Source of the DNA: Lingula anatina
Taxonomy: Eukaryota > Animalia > Brachiopoda
Direction: 5' to 3'
DNA: 64,000 nucleotides
NCBI GenBank assembly: GCA_051362555.1
Contig: CM120645.1
Location: 6,386,001 to 6,450,000, forward strand
Below, piece after piece: positions 12,790-24,135 of the stretch. The notes under the pieces were generated by a model. That model was not told the DNA's origin and did no database searches. It saw only the letters and a program-made list of their open reading frames with translations. Numbering within the stretch: the first letter of the stretch is position 1; each line of letters starts with the position of its first letter. The position numbers and the translations under genes were made by a program.

Positions 12790-13351
12790 GAAATTTAAGA
12801 ATTCAACGTGAAAAGGCAGTGCTAACCATAAATGAAACATAACGTAATCATTGCATTGCAGACTTTATAGCATTGCATAATGCCTCGTCTCGAAGTTTTA
12901 CAGGTATGTTACTATACATAATTACACACCAAAACGAGGCTTTGTTCAGGAGTGCGCCAGGTCTTTGCATAAGTGCATTTTACTGTTCTTTAACGTGCAT
13001 GTTAACAATACCACATCACTTACACATAACGAAATGAACAAAATTGTTGTGAGTATTCGATGCATTAACAAATTGTTTTAATATCATACAAATAAACTGA
13101 AAATTACATTTTAAGGGGAGGAAACGGGTCCACAAGCTTACCCATAAGGCGCAGACATCTTTAAAACCCCCCTGTCCAATCGCACGAACGATAAGTTGCG
13201 AGTGTTGGCACCGACCAATCACAGAGTACCTTTTGTGTATGTTAGGCGAAAAAGGCTGCAAGCTGTGGTTTGCAAGGAATTACAAAGGGCCTGCACAAAT
13301 ATTCGAAATTCGGGGACGTTGAGTTATTCAGTGATGCAGTACTAAGAGCAG
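12790..13351. promoter_or_regulatory. Probable bidirectional promoter SMIM4/BRAWNIN <-> TDG plus TDG non-coding first exon
   Basis: Locally CpG-richer; CCAAT boxes at 13176 and 13215; donor GCAG|GTAATA at 13351/13352; 3-codon uORF ATG CAG TAC TAA at 13334-13345. Confidence 0.6.
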
Positions 13352-14729
13352 GTAATAGTTTATAATCTAGAGAAAAAACTGATCACAATGAAGTGTATCG
13401 AGAGTCTTCTGATCACGTGTAAGCATGAGCTTGATTTGCGAGGCCCACTGTTCCCGTAGGCAAGTGAACTTCACTCACCATTGCTACTTACTAATGCAAT
13501 ACCACTATGAATGACGGTCATTTTCAACGAGTCCAAAAATGATCAGAAAGTTAAACACAGTTAATTATATTGGTCATGAAAATGCCAGTTGGTCATTTGA
13601 AAAATAATCCAATAATTTTTTTCTCAAAGACAGATTTGTTCAAATATAGGTTATAAACTCGAAGACATAACAATTATTTAGAATGTAATAAGGTGTTTTT
13701 CTTTTAATTTGTGTACTTGTAATAGAATAAGGAAAATTACTGAAGCAGTAACTAAATTTTGTGAAAGTCTCTGATGTTAAATATGACGTTGAAAAAAAAA
13801 ATGCAAAATGAAATGTGTACTGTTAAATGAAAAATACATCATAATTATAACTTCTGTGTATTATAACTATATATAAAGAAAATTGCACTGTTTTACTCGG
13901 AGTGATTATTGGCAAATGGTATTGGTGAACACTTTCTAGAAGAGATTGTTGATCTATTGTTTTTTTTATTAGACAGTTTTCATGCACACACAATGATCAA
14001 AATGCCAGATTTGACACGAGTCTTGCAATAAAATGCCTTTTATGTGTTGAATAAAATATACTGTTAATAAATGTCTTATTTTACTAGGTCCTTTACAGCA
14101 TTCATTTTTTCCTTTAATTTTTAGCAAAGATTTATATTATGTACAGAATATTAGACAGTCTAACATAGTAATCTGTTGTACTGTCATATGACGTATGTTA
14201 ATTTTTATGTTAATAGGAACATAACTGATGCAATCTTAGATTTGGGAATGATAAACTCCATGACTTGAGACTATATTTTGTCATATGAAACACGAGGTAG
14301 AATTTGGCCTCTAAGCATACTAGTCTTGTTTTTTATTAGTATTATTTGACTTTTGAAATGGTGTTAATTTAAGATTTTTTGATAATTTATAGTGTCTAAT
14401 AGCCCTACTCACATTGTTATGGTTTTTTATGCTGTTTGTTTTAGTCTAATCACTCTATAAAATTCCTAACAAACAAAGAGCATAAATAAAAATCATGAGT
14501 AGTCAAAAAAAGAGGAATGCTTTACATTTTGTGTGTCCATAATAAATGTTAAGTCATTGGTGCTGTCTTTGCTGCTTACCGCCACAACCATTAATTGTTG
14601 AACATTTTTTTTAAATGAAATTTTGATCTGTGTCTAAAGGCAAATGTGTTAAGCTTCCTTAAATCTTCTCTTTTCAGGTTATAAAGAAACAGAAGTAAGA
14701 GTTCTATTGTAGCAGAATACGAACTGGAA

Positions 14730-17700
14730 ATGGAGCAGGTCTCAAGCCCATATTTGTAAGTATAAAACCTTAAGTTAAAGGGTTAAATTGTATTTAAGTG
14801 CCTATTCTTAGAAACACTTACACATCAGTACATCATCACAGTCTTCCTGTCTGCTCTGAGTTTTATTTGTGAAGTCATAATTAAATTTTCTATGTGTTAG
14901 TATTATATTTTTAATTATATTATACATACTATTTTATATACCAAACTCTTAACGGTAGTAAAGGCAATTACTAAATCTTTTCAATGAGGGAAAAGGTATT
15001 TTTGAGTAATAATTGTAGAACATTCATACCGAGTGGTACAAACAAAATTAAATAGCAGGCTACTTTATAGTTATATTCTATGCAGTAAAAGCACCACAAA
15101 TGCTACATAGAAATATATATTTTTGTGATAAAACATCATGCATCAGAAAATTTGATAACTTTTGCCCATTGAAAAGACAGAGTAATTACTGTAGTTTGTA
15201 TCTGCCATCCTGAATTTCTAATGGTACTAGGAATATGCCTGTGTTATCAGCATGCACCTGCCATTTTTGGGAATAACAGAAGTATACAGGTAGAAGAGAT
15301 AGGATGTTCCACTAGTTACCTCTGAAACTCTGTGCTTTTGCCAATTGAATATTTTCTGTTATTTTGTTCTGAAGGGGTTCAACAGAGAAACCCATCTGTA
15401 TTGCATAATTAGATCTATTTAGTAATTATGTTTCCAGGGTGCCACCATGCACTGCGTGTCATTTGAGTAATTTTAGGAAAATTAATTTGGTCAATTAGTG
15501 CAGTCTTCTAGCAATCAGTGTCTGAATCAGAACACACATGAAGCAAATCAAAATGTTGCTCAGTGGGCAAAATTTTCTGTAATATCTGGGTAATGAAAAC
15601 CCTTTCCCATCACTGTAAATGCCAGTTATATTCCATCACAAAGTACCTATTTCAAAGGCCGTAACAAGATTTTACAATTTACTCTACATGACCAGAGCCA
15701 ATTAGTGGCTACTATAAAAGGGGTTTTATTTCTGGTTGCTAGGTAATGAAGGGTAGATAAGGTCTGCTATTGATTACTAATCCATAAACCAGTGCACAAG
15801 AAAAGAAAGAAAAAAAAATAAAGAAGAATTTTTTTTTTTTGGCAAGTCACAGTTGCAATGTTTTATGTTATGTACTTAATTACTTATAGAACATGTTTAT
15901 TTTCTATAGTTGATTTCTAGTTTTGTGTCCTCATGTTAATTTTTGCAGTCAGTAATTTTAAAACTATCCATAACACTTGGGAACTACTAGTATAGTCTAT
16001 CAGTGTTTTTGCAATGGCTTCCTTTTTGTGATTTCTTTGTGATTGATTTAAGGGAAAAAAGGGAGACATTAAGCTTCTATATTAATTTATATCCACATCT
16101 ATTCTCTAAATAGTTTGTTGCTTGGTGGCTCTGCTTGCTGACTTTTAGAAGTAAATGAATTTCTTATTTTCCATATAGCCAAAACTTCACTGTCAAACAG
16201 GAGCCAATGTGGGACGGAGTTCAGATTCCACCAATACAGTTCCCCCCTGCTGCCCCCGCAAAGAAAAAACCTGGCAGGAAAAGAAAAGTGAAGGAAGAAC
16301 CTGTAGAAAAGTAAGCATTCTTGGCTTTCAGTTCTTTGAAAATGTTCAATATGAAGAGCAGATTTTTAAAATTAATGATTTTTGCTTTAGTCAGAACTCA
16401 AACCAGTAATAGTTTGACAGTAGGTTTAGATATTTTTCATTTTCGTAAACCAAAGTAGGTTGTATAAAACATTGTAAGAAAATGGTGGATTTTTATTTTC
16501 AGCGGTGAGTCTGTAACAGTAGATGGTAAAGTGGTCAAGGTGAAACAGGAGAAAATCACAGAACACTTGAAGGTCAGAAAGAAGTATGACAGGTTTAAGG
16601 GGATGACAGAAGAGGAAGTTTTACAGAGGACACTGCCTGACCATTTGACCCATGGACTGGACATTGTCATTGTAAGTAGAAGAAAATAATTTCCATTGAT
16701 TTGATATCTAGTATGAAAAAACATTCAGAAAAATAAAATTTGACACTTTACAGGTAAGGTCTAGAAATTAAGGATTTGGATCTTTGGCATCTTTAGAGTA
16801 AAAGATGAAACAGTTTGCTCATTATTTGCAAAAATATTTTTTATGTGTCTGTGTGTGTGTGTGTGTGTGCATTGGGAATGTGGATTGAAATCCAGCATTT
16901 TTGCCAATAGAGCTGTCTATTTTTGAGGTCACTTTCTGTTGAGTTCTTTGTTAATATATTTCAGGTTGGTATAAACCCCGGCCTCACTGCAGCTTTTGTG
17001 GGACACCACTATGCAGGACCAGGCAACCACTTCTGTAAGTGTGGATTAGGAAAGAGTACTTGTTTTTAAACTTTTTTTCATTTAAAAAACAACCAACCCC
17101 AAACATGAGAACAAAATCTCTATGATATGTCCAAAAGTGTAAAGCACTAGTTTTTTTCCTTTATTTCCCAGTTCATTACAAAATTTTACCTAAAAAGTAA
17201 TGATAAGGCAGACAAGGTTGTTATTTCCCAAATTTATGAACGTGCCTATATATCATGTCTTTTTCTTTACAGGGAAATGCTTATTCCTGTCTGAATTGAT
17301 CCCAGAACAGCTGAATGCTTATGATGACTATAAACTGAAAGAATTTGGAATTGGATTCACAAATATCGTGGAAAGAACATCTCGAGGAAGTGCAGATCTC
17401 ACAAAGTAAGTAGTAACCAGGCATGAGAATTCCATGATTTTTTAATTCAGTTTTGTTGGGACCTCACACTGCCGTGGACTCCCAGCTGATTAAATATTTG
17501 ATCCATGATGAATTTTCAGGGAGTCTTTCCTAAACCAAGGCTTGTGTCTGAGTAGCAAACTCAATGTTCAAACCTTAAAAAAATGAAGTGTTTTTGCATT
17601 TTTGATTTTCTAAATTGTAGGAGATTAAAGGGATAATAACTCTTCGTATGAGATCTATATTTCACAATAAAAACAATTGTAAACAACTCATAGAAATATG

Positions 17701-20700
17701 ATATACCACAAATACGGCAGTTATAGCTATTATTCTGATATCTGAGCTTGTCTTTAGACCATGTCACCTCCATTGATGGCTATACTTTGTTATAATCTCT
17801 TAAGAGATTATAACACAAAAACAAACTTTTTAGAAAAAAACCAGGGACTAACTTTGAATGTAAAAATGGATTCATTAACCATTGGTAAGTATGGGAAAAT
17901 TGTTGTTTACTCTAGGAAAATTCATTTTTTGACCAAAACAAAGAGTTATTATCCCTTTAAGAAACAGAAGAAACAGAAAAAAAAATCACTGTGTGGTAAT
18001 TACTGATTCAGAATTGATTCTCAGAATGATATAGTTATTTATTTCTGGATGATTTACACTGAATAAAGCTCTCTCATGTCCTTTGTAAATTCAGGAAAGA
18101 AATCAAGGAAGGTGGAGAAATTCTAAAAGGAAAAATACAGAAATACAAACCAAAGATAGCAGTTTTTAATGGGAAAGGTAAGCATGAACTGTACTAACAA
18201 GACATTGCCATTCCCTTTTTTTACTGTTTAATGATTGTGGTTTTGTGTAGAAGCTTTAGAATTGATCAGAAGAGATTCAGGAATGGAAAATCAATCACTT
18301 ACATTTCTTCTAACCAAACTGTCACATTGAATAGGAGTACTGCTATTTACCAATATATCTATTTTAATACCAGTTGTCAAATTCAAATTTAGCTTCAGAG
18401 AAGCAATTTCACTTTTGTGTTACATACTTTTATATTAGTTAAGTAAACCAGGAACACTAATCTTGTAAATATAATTATAATTACTTGAAATATGTTCTGG
18501 TTTTGTTTTCCCAGGCATATACGAAGTGTTTGTTGGTCACAAGAACTTCCACATTGGAAAACAACCGGACCATTTTCCTGACTGTCCTGACACGGTGAGT
18601 CACAATCTGGAGAGAGTCCTTGTTAATTAATTGTACCACCAGCGTTAGCGCTGGCGGTACACATGGTTTCGGTCTCGTCCGGATCGTTCCGCCGGCTCCG
18701 CCGGACGGCTACCGTTACCGCTTCTCCTCCTAGACGGTAAGGCCCCCCATACCCATCTCATGGATTTAGGTCACCTATAATCTCAACTCGTTCCACGTAA
18801 AATTTGGGCTTTGTCGGTATTGGGGTCTGGGTGTGGCACTCATTGCAATGCACCCTTGTCCAAAAATGGCAAAATTAAATGCTAATTATCTACCCTACGG
18901 AAGGAGTTACGGGAAAAATTTCTACAGACGGCTTTCCAAAAGTCATATGTGTAGATTTCAAATATACCCTCGGATTTGACCTTTGACCTTTACTTCAAGG
19001 TCAAATGGGCCAAAATTTTCAAAAAAATGAAATTTTTTACGAAAAAAAAATTTTTTGCCCTGTTATTCAGACACCACACAGACTTAACCAATAATATTAT
19101 TGGAAAGTGTTACCCTTCAGGTCATCTTTCATCTCCGTGAATTTGGGGTCAATCGGTGCATTTTCACAGGAGTAGCGGCCATAAGATACCGAAACTGAAA
19201 ACTGTCTCTAATTCGGGAACCGTTAATGCTAGAGACCCATTCTTTTTTGCATATTGTAGAGCATGTAAAGCCCAACACTGGAGGTGGTCTCGGTTTTTTT
19301 GTATTCCATACGGTTTTCGAGTTACGCTGTATCAAAAAGTACATATTGGTGGTGAAAGGAAAATGTACGGAAGCCCACTGGTGCCATATGTAGAAAAAAA
19401 AATTATCTCGAAATTTCGAGATACTATTTTGAAATTTGAACAAAAAAATTTACCACCAGCGTTAGCGCTGGCGGTACACATGGTTTCGGTCCCGTCCGGT
19501 CCGTTCCGCCGGCTCCGCCGCCATGTTACCGTTACCGCTTCTCCTCCTAGACGGTAAGGGCCCCCGTACCCATCTCATGGATTTAGGTCACCTATAATCT
19601 CAACTCGTTCCACGTAAAATTTGGGCTTTGTCGGTATTGGGGTCTGGGTGTGGCACTCATTGCAATGCACCCTTGTCTAAAAATGGCAAAATTAAATGCT
19701 AATTATCTACCCTACAGAAGGAGTTACGGGAAAAATTTCTATAGACGGCTTTCCAAAAGTCATATGTGTAGATTTCAAATATACCCTCGGATTTGACCTT
19801 TGACCTTTACTTCAAGGTCAAATGGGTCAAAATTTTCAAAAAAATGAAATTTTTTACGAAAAAAAATTTTTTTGCCCTGTTATTCAGACGCCACACAGAC
19901 TTAACCAATAATATTATTGGAAAGTGTTACCCTTCAGGTCATCTTTCATCTCCGTGAATTTGGGGTCAATCGGTGCATTTTCACAGGAGTAGCGGCCATA
20001 AGATACCGAAACTGAAAACTGTCTCTAATTCGGGAACCGTTAATGCTAGAGACCCATTCTTTTTTGCATTTTGTAGAGCATGTAAAGCCCAACACTGGAG
20101 GTGGTCTCGGGTTTTTTTGTATTCCATACGGTTTTCGAGTTACGCTGTATCAGAAAGTACATATTGGTGGTGAAAGGAAAATGTACGGAAGCCGACTGGT
20201 GCCATATGTAGAAAAAAAAATTATCTCGAAATTTCGAGATACTATTTTGAAATTTGAACAAAAAAAATTTTTATCTCGAAATTTCGAGATAGCATTTTGA
20301 AATTTGAACAAAAAAAAAATTATCTCGAAATTTCGAGATAGCATTTTGATATTTGAGCAAAAAAATTTATCTCGAAATTTCGAGATAGTATTTTGAAATT
20401 TGAACAAAAAAAATGCTATCTCGAAATTTCGAGATAATTTTTTTTTTCAACATATGGCACCAGTCGGCTTCCGTAAAAATGTGCAGTACGGTAATGGATA
20501 ATAAATTTTGAACTCCGGAAAAATAAAACATAATGCTTGGCAAAGCAGACAACTTGTGGTCAAAAATGACATTATTTTATCAAATTTAAACTTCTGCAAC
20601 TTCAGAGAACCTCCCATTTCAAGAACTTTGACCAAAATGACCTTTTCTTTATTTTAATTAATTTTTTCTGTAGGAAATTTATGGCACATTATGGTAACTC

Positions 20701-23108
20701 CAAAATTATAACATTTAGTCCCTTATATCTCCAAAACTGGCAGAGATAGGTCCATAGTTACTATTGAAGTTGAATAGGAAGTCATATACTGGCAATCTTA
20801 CTGTGACCTTGACATTGACCTTTGACCTACTTTTCACCATGAACTGAACTTTGCAAATTTTGCTTCCCTTTTATCTCCAAAACTGGCAGAGATAGGTCCA
20901 TAGTTACTATTGAAGTTGAATAGGAAGTCATATACTGGCAATTTTACTGTGACCTTGAAATTGACCTTTGACCTACTTTTCACCTTGAACTGAACTTTGC
21001 AAAATTTGCTTCCCTTTTATCTCCAAAACTGGCAGAGATAGGTCCATAGTTACTATTGAACTTGCATAGGAAGTCATATACTGGCAATTTTACTGTGACC
21101 TTGAAATTGACCTTTGACCTTCTTTTCACCATGAACTGAACTTTGCAAATTTTGCTTCCCTTTTATCTCCAAAACTGGCAGAGATAGGTCCATAGTTACT
21201 ATTGAAGTTGAATAGGAAGTCATATACTGGCAATCTAAATGTGACCTTGAAATTGACCTTTGACCTACTTTTCACCATGAACTGAACTTTGCAAATTTTG
21301 CTTCCCTTTTATCTCCAAAACTGGCAGAGATAGGTCCATAGTTACTATTGAAGTTGAATAGGAAGTCATATACTGGCAATCTTACTGTGACCTTGAAATT
21401 GACCTTTGACCTACTTTTCACCATGAACTGAACTTTGCAAATTTTGCTTCCCTTTTATCTTCAAAACTGGCAGAGATAGGTCCATAGTTACTATTGAAGT
21501 TGGATAGGAAGTCATATACTGGCAATTTACTGTGACCTTGAAATTGACCTTTGACCTACCTTACAATGAACTTAACTTTGATTGCACCATTTTTAGTTAT
21601 ATATATTTTTTGCATATTTTGAAAATTCTTGTTGATTGCATTTTTACAGCTTGTCAAGCACAAGACTGGTGGCTGCACCCCTTATTTTGTGTATGTGGGG
21701 GTCTATACGAATGCGCTTGCTCCAGCTGGTGGTACAATATTCGGAGGCGGTATCGCCTCTCTGATCCTCTAGTTGGTTTTACTTTCAAATAAACCCTCCA
21801 GTTTGATCTCTTTTGACAAATGATTATATAAATTCCAATATTATAAACAAATTTTAAAATTTTGAAATGTAATTGATTTTTGGACCAAAAGTGGCTTGTG
21901 CATTCATGTCTGTCAGTCATAATACCATCTTGTGATCCTCTTGTGAACATCATTCCTCAAAGACCAGGCAATTGAAATGGAAAAATAAATGGGACCTTTT
22001 CTAACTTTTGCATGTATTGTTCCAGGCAATCTTTGTGATGCCTTCCTCCAGTGCACGGTTTACCCAGCTTCCAAGGGCCGTTGACAAAGTGCCATTTTAC
22101 CAAGCATTGAAGAAATACAGAGACTACCTCAGAGGTGACATAAGCCATATAGAGGAATCAGAGATCTGTTTTCCTAACCTTGACCTCAAGGTGAAGGTCA
22201 AGAAGGAACCTGACACAGATCCAAATGGTCAGAGTCTCCCCAAGGCTCCAGCTGAACCCAAACAGAAGAAGCCTAGAGCGAGAAAAAAGATAAAAAAAGA
22301 GCCTAAAGAAGTTGGAGGTGACTCAAATATGATGCCTAACTGTATGAATTTCCAGCAGTTTCAGGTTCCTAATGGCCAGGGCAGTGCAATGGCTGTACAG
22401 CATGGTGCGTCTTCATCTCTACCCGATTTCAGCAGGGCAGTTCTTCAGGTTAAGTCTGAGCCATATGACCCCTTCTTGGCGTCTTTCAACCAGTCTGTTC
22501 AAAATTGCCCAACTACACAACAAAGCTTTCAGGCCCATTTCGGCTCCCAACAACAGCAACATTTGCAGCAATTTCATCATTCTCAGCAACAGCATTTGCA
22601 ACATTTTCCACAGCAACAACAGCACAATAGTCAACAGCCCCAGGGTCAACCCCAGGGTTTACTGCCCCAGGGGCCAGACCCATCCCAGAGATTACAACAT
22701 TTCAATGATTCTCACCAAAATTCTCAGGAGCAGCAGGGTTCTCCCCAAAACTGGTCATCATTCTCTCAAAACGGCAATAATAGTCAGCCTGCTTGCTCCC
22801 AGAATGGCAGTGGAACTCATAGTGAAACTCCTTCCCCTTTCTTTCCATGGCAATATCATCAGAATCCAATGCACCCGTCTGTATCACTACCTTCTTCAAC
22901 TACTGCTGCCTGCTTCTTTGCTAATTCTCAGGGAAATGTCTCCATGGCAGCAGACAGGAATTATGGTATGGTCTCCATGTCAGGTGAATCAAATCACATG
23001 CCCCACAGTCGGGCTAACTCACAGAACGGTAATATGTTCTCAGGTGTGAGAGTGAAACAAGAGCCTGGAGAGGGGTTTCCAGGTTCACAACAATGTAACT
23101 TTTCCTGA
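14730..23108 (+). CDS. TDG: G/T mismatch-specific thymine DNA glycosylase, ~591 aa
   Basis: Exons 14730-14755, 16179-16310, 16503-16671, 16965-17034, 17273-17405, 18095-18177, 18515-18594, 22026-23108 join in frame. Motifs [66 protein letters not shown]. Confidence 0.95.
17625..17960. mobile_element. Kolobok-like MITE copy 4, in TDG intron
   Basis: ttaaagggataataactcttcgt ... aagagttattatccctttaa. Confidence 0.87.
20184..20475. mobile_element. IS3EU-like MITE nested in the HINE
   Basis: TIRs tacggaagccgactggtgccatatgt / acatatggcaccagtcggcttccgta (TAC..GTA ends), 6-bp direct flanks AAAATG on both sides; interior is repeats of palindrome tatctcgaaatttcgagata. Confidence 0.75.
20725..21560 (+). 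repeat. 146-bp tandem repeat, ~5.7 copies
   Basis: ccaaaactggcagagatagg recurs at 20731, 20877, 21023, 21169, 21315, 21461. Confidence 0.95.
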
Positions 23109-24135
23109 TTACAAGCCACTGCTGACACATTCTTACCTGACACATTTGATCTCAAATGAATAAGGGACACTCATTTTCTCATCTATGGTATCTACTAATT
23201 TGAACACCGTATTCATTAAGTCATGTGTTTTAGTTTGCTCTTAAGAAATCTGTAGTCATGAATTGGAAACATTTGTGGAAATGGAAAAATGGAAAATTTT
23301 TAAGTAATGTAAAATCATATATTTTCTCTTCTGAACAAAAGTTGGATAATTAAGATTAAGATGTGTCCTGTCTCAGTCATTTATATTATAGATAGTTGTG
23401 TTCATTAAAGTTTAAAACTAGGTTTGCTGATAACAGATAACAAATGTTGTGCAAAGTATCCACCATTTTTCCATGGGTTCCAAGTATACCCAACTTAAAA
23501 CACAGAGCAGAAAAAATGTATCTCTTTTCACAAGCAACAATTCTTATATAATTGAAGCTGTAAGGCCCTAAATCAACAAAAATTTAAAATTATGCAGGTG
23601 GTGTGGAGTAGTCCAAGTTCACATCCAATATGCTAGTATTTATTTGATATTTATTACACTACATCCCACTTATGATTTGTGTTGTTCTGTTTTGGGTCAT
23701 TGTTGTTAGTGTCTGCATTTGTTTTGTTTTTCACTTTTCTTATAGCTGTAACAATGCCTAATAATTGTGTTGCAATTTATATTACTTTTACCAGTTGTGT
23801 TTTAGTAAATTAGTAAGAGTTGCACCCTTATCCATAAGTTGTACTGTTTTTCATATATAATCCTAGGAAGCAAACTTTTTACATTAAAAGTCGTTTAAGA
23901 TGTGATTTTTAAGAATAATACATTTATTTGTTTTTATTTGTTTTTACAATTTTCTACTCACATTCATAGTGGGATTATAGGATTATTTGATGTTGGAGGT
24001 ATTTGGTTTTAGAATACCTGGCTGTGCAATTGTACAATGTTTTCATTATTACAATTAAATCATACCTTGTATTTTAAGTGAAACCTCTGTTTTTATGTAT
24101 ATATTGATTATTTCAGTCTGTAAAAAAGATTAGTG

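Larger units (their letters stand above)
18631..21775 (+). mobile_element. Helentron-associated non-autonomous element (HINE/DINE-1-like), family A, in last TDG intron
   Basis: Subterminal inverted repeats ttgtaccaccagc (18631) / gctggtggtacaa (~21725), 5' palindrome gtaccaccagcgttagcgctggcggtac, 3' hairpin gaggcggtatcgcctc then CTAG-TT; internal 817-bp duplication and 146-bp tandem array. Confidence 0.8.

Noticed and set aside
19129-20635. Duplicated ORFs (MHFHRSSGH..., [10 protein letters not shown]...)
   Set aside because: Inside the duplicated HINE unit and palindromic MITE; frames differ between copies.
20725-21560. Regular repeats resembling a CRISPR array
   Set aside because: Whole 146-bp units repeat with no unique spacers; eukaryotic intron; no cas genes.
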